DNA of 64,000 bases from Candidatus Latescibacterota bacterium (GTDB lineage: Bacteria > Latescibacterota > UBA2968 > UBA8231): NCBI GenBank assembly GCA_965261395.1, contig OZ253462.1:4544001-4608000 (forward strand), written 5' to 3'. The notes below the pieces were generated by a model. It made no database searches and was not told the origin of the DNA. It was given only the letters and a program-made list of their open reading frames with translations. Below, piece by piece: positions 1 through 8,446 of the stretch; within the stretch, counting starts at the first letter, position 1, and each line of letters begins with the position of its first letter. The position numbers and the translations under genes are program-made.

Positions 1-363
1 GGGCGCATCTTTCGCGTCCCAGTGCGGGTTATGCTCGGGCGCATCTTTGTTTAAGACCGGCGGACTGATGCTGGCTCGGTCGTGGCTGACCCACAGCTTG
101 TCCGTGCTCCAAATCTGGCTGAAGGCTCGGTGGACCCGAGGGGCCGTGCGATTGTCCCACATGGTCTGGTGGTGGTAAATCTCGACCATGATGCCGCGCC
201 GATCCTCTGGATACCAAGTCCCGGGATCGTCCGGGTCCATACCGGCAAACGCCCACACCGCCCGCCCGGTGCGCTCGGCCTGATCGCGGTCGATCACCTG
301 ACGAGCAACTACATACCCCTGTTCGGCAAAGAAATCCAGTTCTTCCCTGCTCAAGACATCCAT
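1..363 (-). CDS. Phytanoyl-CoA dioxygenase (PhyH) family protein, partial (runs off window start)
   Basis: Not in the ORF track. Reading from ATG at 363 gives MDVLSREELDFFAEQGYVVARQVI...RVHRAFSQIWSTDKLWVSHDRAS...NPHWD, open to base 1. The N-terminus (F..GYVV) and HxD motif are typical of PhyH. Confidence 0.75.
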   Translation of the reverse strand, partial: MDVLSREELDFFAEQGYVVARQVIDRDQAERTGRAVWAFAGMDPDDPGTWYPEDRRGIMVEIYHHQTMWDNRTAPRVHRAFSQIWSTDKLWVSHDRASISPPVLNKDAPEHNPHWDAKDAP

Positions 364-386
364 GGCGGTTCCCCTCGTTATACTCG

Positions 387-1409
387 TTATAACAGTTTTC
401 GCGCGATAAGCTCCTCGGCGATTTGCACGGCGTTCAGGGCAGCCCCCTTGCGCAACTGATCGCCGCTGACCCACAAGTCCAGCCCGGTCCCGTCGGGCCG
501 CGAAATATCCTGGCGAATGCGCCCGACCAGCACCTCGTCGCAGCCAGAGGCCTCAATCGGCATGGGGAAATGGTTCTGCGCCGGATCATTCACGATCCGC
601 ACGCCCGCAGCCTGCGCTAAGATGGCTTCGGCCTCAGCGGCCGGAAAGGGTTCGGCAAACTCCACGTTGATCGCCTCGGAATGCGCCCGCAGCACGGGCA
701 CGCGAATGGTCGTGGCCGAGACCTGGAGCGCGTCGTCGTGGAACATCTTGCGGGTCTCGCGCACCATTTTCAGCTCTTCTTCGCAATACCCCTCCGGCCC
801 GACAGCCGAATCGTGCGAGAATAAGTTAAAGGCAATCGGGTGCGGGAATTCAGCCGGCTCGGCCTCCTGCCCGGCGAGCACTTGCCGCGTCTGCGTCTCC
901 AACTCCTGCATGGCTCGTGCCCCCGCGCCGCTGACGGCCTGATAGGTCGAGACCACAATGCGCTTGATCCGTCGCCGCTGATGGAGCGGCCAGACCGCCA
1001 CATCCATGATGATCGTCGAACAATTTGGATTGGCGATGATGCCGCGGTGCGCCGCCAAGTCCTCGGGGTTGATTTCGGGCACCACCAGCGGCACGTCCGG
1101 GTCCATGCGATAGGCCGATGTGTTATCGACGACCACCGCGCCCGCGGCCACTGCGCGTGGGTTAAACCGCTTGCTCAACCCGCCCCCGGCCGAAGCCAAG
1201 ACGAGATCTACGCCGGCGAAGGAATCCTCCCCCAGCTCCTGTACCTGAATCGAGCCGCCGTTAAAGGAAATGGTGCGCCCAGCCGAGCGGGCCGAGGCCA
1301 ACAGCCGCAACTCGCCGATGGGAAAGTCGCGCTCGGCGAGGATTTCTAACAGCACCTGCCCTACGGCACCAGTCGCGCCCATAATAGCTACGTTGTACGT
1401 GTCGGTCAC
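387..1409 (-). CDS. asd: Aspartate-semialdehyde dehydrogenase
   Basis: Motifs GATGAVG, DNTSAYRM, NPNCST, STYQAVSGAG and DQLRKGAALNAVQIAE. Confidence 0.97.
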   Translation of the reverse strand: MTDTYNVAIMGATGAVGQVLLEILAERDFPIGELRLLASARSAGRTISFNGGSIQVQELGEDSFAGVDLVLASAGGGLSKRFNPRAVAAGAVVVDNTSAYRMDPDVPLVVPEINPEDLAAHRGIIANPNCSTIIMDVAVWPLHQRRRIKRIVVSTYQAVSGAGARAMQELETQTRQVLAGQEAEPAEFPHPIAFNLFSHDSAVGPEGYCEEELKMVRETRKMFHDDALQVSATTIRVPVLRAHSEAINVEFAEPFPAAEAEAILAQAAGVRIVNDPAQNHFPMPIEASGCDEVLVGRIRQDISRPDGTGLDLWVSGDQLRKGAALNAVQIAEELIARKLL

Positions 1410-2596
1410 TTGTATTCCCTCGTGAGATAATCCATCAATACATGTCCGCGTTCTACCTGCATACTACCCCACTCGGCCGGCCGCTCTCCATAGGCTTGCA
1501 TCGAGTCGGCTGCAATCCCCGTCCCCCACAGCACAAAAGGCACTGGCTCGCGGCTGTGGGTGCGCCGCACAATGGGCGTGCGGTGATCTGGGGTAAGCAA
1601 CACCCGATGCGGCCCCATCGACTCTAGCCCCGCCAAGATCGGGCCGACGACGCGGGCGTCGAAATCCTCGATGGCCTGCACCTTGGCCTGTGGGTCGCCG
1701 TTGTGTCCAGCTTCGTCCGGGGCCTCGACGTGGACATAGACAAAATCGGCCTGCTGCAAGGTCGCCAGCGCGTATTCGGCCTTGCCCTCGTAGTTGGTGT
1801 CGAGATATCCGGTAATACCGGGCACATCGATGACCTCCAAGCCCGCGCTCTTGCCGATCCCGCGCACCAAGTCAACGGCCGAGATGACGCCGCCCTGCAA
1901 TCCGTAGCGCTCCGACAAGGGCGTCAACCGCAGCGCGCGCCCGGAGCCCCAGAGCCATATCGCGTTGGCCGGCCGTTCCCCGCGAGCGGAGCGGGCTGCA
2001 TTGACCGGTGAGGCCGCGAGAATGGGGCCGGCCGCGTCCATGAGGGCGCGGATTTTCTCGGCCCCCGCGCCCGTAGGCCCATGTGCAGCCATGGACTCGC
2101 CCATGATGTCGTGCGGCGGATAGGTTTCCACTTCTTCTGGACCGCGCTCCCACACCAGCAAGTGGCGATAGCCCACCCCGGGATAAAAGCGCAAAGACGG
2201 TCCCCCCAACTCGGCCGCCAAGGCCGCCACCAACTCGGCCGCCTCTTCGCTGGCGATGTGGCCGGCGCTGTAATCGACCAGCACGTCGCCCTCTCCGTAG
2301 ATCAGGTTTAGGCGGAAAGCCACCCCGTCGTCACCCAGATCGACGCCCATACTCGCTGCTTCCAACGGCGCGCGGCCCGTGTAGTGCACCCGGCTGTCGT
2401 AGCCGAAAATTTCGAGATTGCCGATGTCGCTGCCTGGATGCCGCTGCGCGGGAATCATCTGCACCAATCCTCCGGCCCCCTCGCGGGCTAGGCGATCCAT
2501 GCAGGGCGTAGCAGCCGCCTCCAACGGCGTCTGCCCATCCAGTTCATCAAGTGGATAGTCTGCCGCCCCATCGGGCACCAATACGATGTAGCGCAC
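1406..2596 (-). CDS. apgM: Cofactor-independent phosphoglycerate mutase, ApgM type (proposed homoserine kinase family)
   Basis: Motifs DGAAD, PGSD, HVEAPDEAGHNGD, PDHRTP and THSREPVPF; coupled between hom and asd. Confidence 0.9.
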   Translation of the reverse strand: MRYIVLVPDGAADYPLDELDGQTPLEAAATPCMDRLAREGAGGLVQMIPAQRHPGSDIGNLEIFGYDSRVHYTGRAPLEAASMGVDLGDDGVAFRLNLIYGEGDVLVDYSAGHIASEEAAELVAALAAELGGPSLRFYPGVGYRHLLVWERGPEEVETYPPHDIMGESMAAHGPTGAGAEKIRALMDAAGPILAASPVNAARSARGERPANAIWLWGSGRALRLTPLSERYGLQGGVISAVDLVRGIGKSAGLEVIDVPGITGYLDTNYEGKAEYALATLQQADFVYVHVEAPDEAGHNGDPQAKVQAIEDFDARVVGPILAGLESMGPHRVLLTPDHRTPIVRRTHSREPVPFVLWGTGIAADSMQAYGERPAEWGSMQVERGHVLMDYLTREYK

Positions 2597-2597
2597 G

Positions 2598-3890
2598 CTA
2601 GAGATCCTCCATGCGGATGAGTTTCACTGACCCCTGCACGGCATCGAGTGCGGCCACTGCCTGCTGCGCCCGCTGCATTGCGGCTTCGCGCGCTTCGTGG
2701 GTGACGATAACCAGCGGTACCGAGCCGCCCTCAAAGTCGCGCTCCTTTTGGATGACCGAGGCAATGCTGATGCGCTCCTCGGCCAAGATGCGCGCAATGC
2801 CCGCAAGCACTCCGGGCTGGTCGCGGACTAAGACGCGCATGAAGTAGCGCATCTGCACGTCCTCAATGGACACCACCGCAACAGCGTCCTCGCCCAAGAT
2901 CATGTCGCCGATGGACGTGCTGGCCCCGGCGGCCTTGCGCTCTACCAACTCGACCATATCCGCCACCACCGCGCTGGCCGTAGGTAGCCGCCCGGCGCCG
3001 CGACCGGAAAACACTTGCGGCCCCACCGCAGACCCCTGCACCTGAATGGCGTTGAATTCATCGTGGATGTTGGCCAGCAATGCATCCTCCGGCACCATAG
3101 CCGGATGCACCCGGGCCTCAACGCGCCCGTCCTGCTGCTTGGCAATGGCCAGCAGCTTGATCGCATACCCCAGCTCGCGGGCGTATTCAATGTCCCGACT
3201 CTCGATCTGCTCGATCCCCTCGCAAAATACGTCGCGGCCCGTGCCCGTGCAGTGGAAGGCAATGCGGCAGAGGATGGCCAACTTCTGCGCGGCGTCCATG
3301 CCGCTCACGTCCATGGTCGGGTCCGGCTCGGCGTAGCCTTGGTCTTGAGCTTCTTTGAGGACATCGGCATAGTCGCCGGCACCGCGGCTCATGCGCGTGA
3401 GCATATAGTTGGTGGTGCCGTTGAGAATGCCGTACAGGGACTCGACCCGATTGGCCACCAAGCCGTTGCGCAACGAGCGGATGATGGGGATGCCAGCCGC
3501 GACGCTGGCTTCAAACATCAAATCTGCCCCATTTGACAGCGCCAGTTCAAAAAGCTCCTCGCCCCGCTCGGCGAGCAGGGCCTTGTTGGCCGTCACCACA
3601 TCCTTGCCCTGCCGCAGGGCCTCGCTCACCCACTCAAAGGCCGGGGGAGCACCAGTCAGTTCCACCACCAGTTGCACATCCGGGTTGGCCACGACTGCAC
3701 TGGCGTCCGTGGTCAAAAGCTCCGGTGCCAAGGCGGGGCTGCGCGGCTTGGCCAAGTCGCGCACGGCCACGCATTGCAATGCAAAATCCACGTGCTTGCG
3801 CCGCCGCAGCGACGCGGGCGCGTCCTGCAACAGCTCGACCACGCCGCTGCCGACCGTGCCCAAACCGATCAAGCCCACTCCTACTGACAT
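2598..3890 (-). CDS. hom: Homoserine dehydrogenase with C-terminal ACT domain
   Basis: Motifs GLGTVGSG, VVTANKA, ILNGTTNY, GYAEPDPT and ACT (DQPGVLA). Start placed at MSVGVG (3890). Confidence 0.96.
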   Translation of the reverse strand: MSVGVGLIGLGTVGSGVVELLQDAPASLRRRKHVDFALQCVAVRDLAKPRSPALAPELLTTDASAVVANPDVQLVVELTGAPPAFEWVSEALRQGKDVVTANKALLAERGEELFELALSNGADLMFEASVAAGIPIIRSLRNGLVANRVESLYGILNGTTNYMLTRMSRGAGDYADVLKEAQDQGYAEPDPTMDVSGMDAAQKLAILCRIAFHCTGTGRDVFCEGIEQIESRDIEYARELGYAIKLLAIAKQQDGRVEARVHPAMVPEDALLANIHDEFNAIQVQGSAVGPQVFSGRGAGRLPTASAVVADMVELVERKAAGASTSIGDMILGEDAVAVVSIEDVQMRYFMRVLVRDQPGVLAGIARILAEERISIASVIQKERDFEGGSVPLVIVTHEAREAAMQRAQQAVAALDAVQGSVKLIRMEDL

Positions 3891-4037
3891 ATCTTTGCCC
3901 AATTCCTTGTTTCGTATCAAGTTAAAGCTTCTAAATATAGAGATTGCCGCGCTTTTTTGGCAAGGCGTGCGCCCCGGTGGATCGCCGCGCCGAGATAGCC
4001 TATATTAAGGGAAACACGACGACTGGAGCCTGCTACT

Positions 4038-4325
4038 ATGGACCTCAAAACCTTCAAATCGAGCCTACAAGAACAAACCCCACCGGAGACCTCCCTCGCC
4101 CTGCAAGCACTCTGGTATGATGCCAAGGGCCAATGGGATAAAGCCCACGAGCTAGCCCAGCAAGCACCCGACCCCACCGGAGCTTGGGTTCACGCTTATT
4201 TACATCGGGTCGAAGGCGACGAACGCAACGCCGGCTATTGGTACCAGCGGGCACGCAAGCCGCACAGCGAGGCGTCGCTGCCCGGGGAGTGGGAGGAAAT
4301 CGCCAGCGCCCTTCTCAGTGCCTAA
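4038..4325 (+). CDS. Conserved hypothetical small helical (TPR-like) protein
   Basis: 95-aa ORF with GGAG RBS; sequence WDKAHELAQ...WVHAYLHRVEGD..NAGYWY resembles a widespread uncharacterised family. Confidence 0.8.
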   Translation: MDLKTFKSSLQEQTPPETSLALQALWYDAKGQWDKAHELAQQAPDPTGAWVHAYLHRVEGDERNAGYWYQRARKPHSEASLPGEWEEIASALLSA

Positions 4326-5809
4326 CGCATCCGCGCCAACGCCCGCCAAGTATGCACCAGTTCCGCCCGGTCTTGCGGATTGGCCCAAGTCAAGACGGCC
4401 ACCAGCACCACAAAGCACATCCCCCCTACAAATACTTGCAAAAAGTCGCCACCTAAGCCCGCGCTAACCCAGCGGCTGACCACAGCCGCCGCCCCGGCTC
4501 CCGCGCCGATCCTCAGCAGGCGGCCCCAAGGCAGAAGCCGGTGCCAGCCACAGCGCAAGTGCCAGCCAATAGCCGCCAAAAAGAAGGCTACCTGCAAATA
4601 CGTCACCAGTGTGGCGGCCACGGCCGGGCCGAGGAAGGCCCACTCGGATTGCGCTGCCTGCAAGTACCCAACGAGCGCCAAGCTCAAGCCGATATTGCAG
4701 CATAGATCCCCCACACTACCCCATAGCGCCCAGCGGGCCTTGCCCATGCCCACCAGCAGCGGATTGTACGCGGCGCAGCGCAGCGGAAGCATCAATAGAT
4801 GGATGCGGAAGACCCAAGCCGAGCGGTCGTATTCCGGGAACAGCCAGCCGATCAACGGCTCGGCGAAAGCGAGCAGGAAGGCCGACAGCGGCAACACCAA
4901 CAGGGCCAACCGAAAGACCGCGCGCTGCCACAGCACCAGTATCTCGCTGAGCAGTCCCGCCTGAAAGAGCCGACTGATCTCCGGGATCAACACGGCTGTC
5001 ACCGACGATAGCAGCAGACTGATCGGCACCTCAATGGCCCCGAAATGATATTCGGCGAAGGTGCCGGCCGCGAAAAAGTGCAGGACCACAAAGCGATCCA
5101 CATAGCGCGAGAGCGTCCCCATCGCGTCGTTTAGCCCAACGGGCCGAGCATAGCGCACCAACTCGCCAAGCCCTTCCCAACGCCACCAGCTTCCGCCCCC
5201 TAGTCCCTGCCGCACCAATCCACACGCGACCAGCAAGCGCGCCACACCCACCCCGGAAAACAGCAGCAGCACCTGCGCGGGCGTCCAGCCCCAGTTTAGG
5301 CCCAGCCACGCTCCGGCCAGCAAGCCACCGCTAGTCACCAGTTGCAGCCACGCCAAGTAGTGTTCTCGATCGGCGGCGACTAAGGCGGCTTCGGCCCCAC
5401 CGGCGGCGACCACCGCAAAAAGATAGGGCAGGAACGGCAGCAGGTACGCGGCGACCTGCTCGCTATCGCCGGCTTCTTGTACCAGCACACCAGCCAAGAG
5501 CGGCCCCCACAGGAGCAGGCAGCCGGTCAACACCACGCCAGACAGAGATAGGCAACCCAACACTTGGCCAGCTAGCAGACGAGGTTCTTTTAGTCGAGGA
5601 AAGAAGTAGAGCAGGCTTTGGGGTAGCCCGAACAAAAACACCGGGATCAGCGCGTTGCCCAGCACCCAGACGGCCCCGAACAGCCCGCATTCTTCTGGGG
5701 TCCAAGCGCGGGCGGCCAACACATTGACCGCAATGATGCTGAGGGTCGTGGCCGCCCGCCCGGCAGCCACGACGCCGATCTTGCGAGTCAGCCGGCCCCC
5801 CGCGCCCAT
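4322..5809 (-). CDS. Oligosaccharide flippase (Wzx/MOP superfamily)
   Basis: 495 aa with many hydrophobic segments; GLPQSLLYF and YVDRFVV patterns of polysaccharide exporters. Confidence 0.8.
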   Translation of the reverse strand: MGAGGRLTRKIGVVAAGRAATTLSIIAVNVLAARAWTPEECGLFGAVWVLGNALIPVFLFGLPQSLLYFFPRLKEPRLLAGQVLGCLSLSGVVLTGCLLLWGPLLAGVLVQEAGDSEQVAAYLLPFLPYLFAVVAAGGAEAALVAADREHYLAWLQLVTSGGLLAGAWLGLNWGWTPAQVLLLFSGVGVARLLVACGLVRQGLGGGSWWRWEGLGELVRYARPVGLNDAMGTLSRYVDRFVVLHFFAAGTFAEYHFGAIEVPISLLLSSVTAVLIPEISRLFQAGLLSEILVLWQRAVFRLALLVLPLSAFLLAFAEPLIGWLFPEYDRSAWVFRIHLLMLPLRCAAYNPLLVGMGKARWALWGSVGDLCCNIGLSLALVGYLQAAQSEWAFLGPAVAATLVTYLQVAFFLAAIGWHLRCGWHRLLPWGRLLRIGAGAGAAAVVSRWVSAGLGGDFLQVFVGGMCFVVLVAVLTWANPQDRAELVHTWRALARMR

Positions 5810-5902
5810 ACTCAGTATCCCCCAAGGCGGGTGCTGAACAGTTCCTGAAGTTCAGCCGACGACGGTTCCATAGTTCACCTAGGTTCACCTATCGCCTACG
5901 GC

Positions 5903-6646
5903 TCAGTCGCCGCGGACGCCTAACATGCAAAGGAAGGCCGGTTTGGGCACAACCTTGTTCAAGAGCGCATCGGCCAAGCGCCACGCCGCATAGGGCCAGC
6001 CGGCACTCAAGCGAGGGAACCCGGCCAACTCCAGCAATTTGTTGGTCGTCAGCCGCACCGCACGTACTTCGAGGCCCTGGCGCTGGAGATAGGCGGCGAG
6101 AGTCTCCTCGTCAAAGCGGTGGAGATGCGCGTTAGCCGGCGTTAGTCTATTGCAGTGGATACACAGATGCTCGACAATGGTCTCGCGGTAAGGCACACTC
6201 ACCACTAGCCGCCCCCTCGGGCGCAACACCCGCCGAGCCTCGGCTAGGGCCGCGTCAATGTCTTCTAGGTGTTCGGCCACTTCGGAAAGTACCACCGCGT
6301 CGAAACACTCCGCCGCAAAGGGCAGATAGTACAAATCGCCGACCTGATAGGCCGCCTCCGCAAAGCGGGCCTTGGCACCGGCCACCCCTACCCAGCCGAT
6401 GTCCATCGCGCAGACTAGGGCACCCTGGCGCTGGCAGTACGCTCCCAGCCAGCCCGACCCACACCCGACGTCGAGTACGCGGTCTCCACTGTGCAAGTCG
6501 AGCATGCGCACAAGTGTCTCCAGCCGCCGCTCTTCGGAGGCTCGACGCCCCGGCTCTAATGCCTGAGGATCGACAATCGTCTCGGCATCTACCTTGTAGT
6601 GGACCTTGTAGTCGCTGAGCTGGCCCTTTGGAGTTGTTGTATCCAT
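5903..6646 (-). CDS. Class I SAM-dependent methyltransferase
   Basis: Motifs VLDVGCGSG, LPF...FDAVV.SEV.EH and RVLRPRG; also has a CIHC..HLH putative Zn site. Confidence 0.9.
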   Translation of the reverse strand: MDTTTPKGQLSDYKVHYKVDAETIVDPQALEPGRRASEERRLETLVRMLDLHSGDRVLDVGCGSGWLGAYCQRQGALVCAMDIGWVGVAGAKARFAEAAYQVGDLYYLPFAAECFDAVVLSEVAEHLEDIDAALAEARRVLRPRGRLVVSVPYRETIVEHLCIHCNRLTPANAHLHRFDEETLAAYLQRQGLEVRAVRLTTNKLLELAGFPRLSAGWPYAAWRLADALLNKVVPKPAFLCMLGVRGD

Positions 6647-6743
6647 CAATTCGTCATCTTGACAACGGCGGCGTGGCCCCATACTATGCCATTAATTGCT
6701 CTTACAGTGGCCAGTGCCCGCCCCCCTAAGCGGGGCGGAAACG

Positions 6744-6769
6744 AACCACTAATCACTAACCACTAACCA
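6744..6769. repeat. Short heptamer tandem repeat (AAYCACT x~3.7), preceded by a GC hairpin at ~6717-6738
   Basis: aaccact-aatcact-aaccact-aacca in the divergent intergenic region. Confidence 0.6.
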
Positions 6770-6778
6770 AAGTTTTCC

Positions 6779-7741
6779 ATGACTATTAAAATCGGCTTTG
6801 TCGGCACGGGTGGCATCGCCAATCACCACCTACGCACCCTCGCCCAACTCGAAGAAGCCGAGCTTATTGCCTTTTGCGACGTAGTCGAGGAAAAGGCACT
6901 AGCAGCGGCCAGTGAGTACGGCGGCAGGGCCTATAGCCACTACGAAGCTCTGTACGACAGCGAGGCACTGGACGCGGTCTATATCTGCCTGCCGCCTTTT
7001 GCCCACGCGCAACCCGAGCTGGCAGCCATTGAGCGCGGCCTGCCCATTTTCGTAGAAAAACCCGTGGCGACCTCCCTGGACCAAGCCCATGCCGTTGAAG
7101 CGGCCATCCGCCGCCAAAACCTGATCAGCGCCGTGGGCTATCACTGGCGCTATATGGATACGACCGCCAAAGCGAGCGAATACCTCGGCGATGAGCCGGT
7201 GGGTTTTGCCCTTGGCGCTTGGACCGGCGGCATGCCCGGGGTGCCTTGGTGGCGAGTATTGGCCGAGAGCGGCGGCCAGATCGTCGAACAAACCACGCAC
7301 ATCTTCGACTTGGCCCGCTACCTGCTCGGAGAAGTCGAGAGCGTCCACGCCATGGCGCGCACTGGCCTGATGGAAGACGTCCCAAACTACGATGTCCACG
7401 ACGCCTCTGTCACCAATCTCCGCTTCCAAAGCGGCGCAGTGGCCAGCATCACCTCGGCCTGTATGCTCGCCGCAGGCGGGCATGTGGGCTTGGACTTCTA
7501 CCAGAAAAACCAAGTCCTGCGCATCGCATCCGGCGCGCTCACCATCGACCGCCCCAGCGGCCGGGAAGTCGTCGAACAGGGCAACAACCCAACGCAAGCC
7601 GAGGATCGCGCCTTTCTCCAAGCCGTGCAAACCGGCGATGCCACGGGTATCCGCTGCCCCTACTCAGAGGCGGTCAAGACCTTAGCCGTGACCCTCGCGG
7701 CAACCCAATCCGCCATAGAAGAGCGCGTCGTCTCGCTGTAG
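6779..7741 (+). CDS. Gfo/Idh/MocA family oxidoreductase
   Basis: Motifs GFVGTGGIA, EKP and SGGQIVEQTTHIFDL. Confidence 0.93.
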   Translation: MTIKIGFVGTGGIANHHLRTLAQLEEAELIAFCDVVEEKALAAASEYGGRAYSHYEALYDSEALDAVYICLPPFAHAQPELAAIERGLPIFVEKPVATSLDQAHAVEAAIRRQNLISAVGYHWRYMDTTAKASEYLGDEPVGFALGAWTGGMPGVPWWRVLAESGGQIVEQTTHIFDLARYLLGEVESVHAMARTGLMEDVPNYDVHDASVTNLRFQSGAVASITSACMLAAGGHVGLDFYQKNQVLRIASGALTIDRPSGREVVEQGNNPTQAEDRAFLQAVQTGDATGIRCPYSEAVKTLAVTLAATQSAIEERVVSL

Positions 7742-7742
7742 G

Positions 7743-8294
7743 CTACTCGTCCTCGATCAGGTCGAAGTCGTGGATGTCCTCGCCGGCTTTGGCCGAGAGG
7801 ATATCCAGCGCGGCGCAGGCTCCGTCACCGGCGGAGATAATGGCCTGGATCTTCTTCAGGCGGGTGCTCCAGCCAATGACGTATAGCCCTTCGACCGAGG
7901 TGCGGCCATGGCGGTCGGCCGCCAACCCGTCGGCCTCTTTGGCCACGCCTAGGCTGTCGGCCAGCGGATTGCTCGGCCCGGTAGCCAAAATCAGATATTG
8001 GGCTTGGTGGCTTTGGCCATCGGCGGTCTCGACTACAAAGCCCTCTTCGCCCTTTTCGGCGCTACTGACTTCAACGTCCTGAACCTCCCCGCCAAAGCCG
8101 CGCACCTGCTCGCGGCCGATCTGCTGGAATTCGGGTCCGGCGATCTTGGGGATGCCCAAATAATTGTATAGCATGGCCTTGTGCATCAGGGTCTTGTCTT
8201 GGCCAAAGACGGTGACACTCATGTCGTTTTTGGCGAGAAAGAGCGCGGCACTCAATCCACCCGGCCCATCTCCGACGACGATAACATCCGGCAT
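7743..8294 (-). CDS. Short FAD-dependent oxidoreductase (thioredoxin-reductase-like FAD domain only)
   Basis: Motifs VVGDGPGG, ILATG and TSVEGLY; 183 aa with no NADPH domain or CxxC. Confidence 0.8.
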   Translation of the reverse strand: MPDVIVVGDGPGGLSAALFLAKNDMSVTVFGQDKTLMHKAMLYNYLGIPKIAGPEFQQIGREQVRGFGGEVQDVEVSSAEKGEEGFVVETADGQSHQAQYLILATGPSNPLADSLGVAKEADGLAADRHGRTSVEGLYVIGWSTRLKKIQAIISAGDGACAALDILSAKAGEDIHDFDLIEDE

Positions 8295-8446
8295 TTTTCA
8301 GGCTCCTTTGGCTGTTGGTTAACAGCGCGCAAATAAGGCCGCTCGCGCGCAGGCTGTCAACTTGCCCCGACTAATACCACGCGGCGCGAATGTGATTGGA
8401 CACAACCTCCGTAGCGAGGACAATACGAGTCGTGATCATCGGCGGA

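Noticed and set aside
5869-5891. GTTCACCTA tandem duplication between the flippase and methyltransferase genes
   Set aside because: Only two short units; nothing supports a function.
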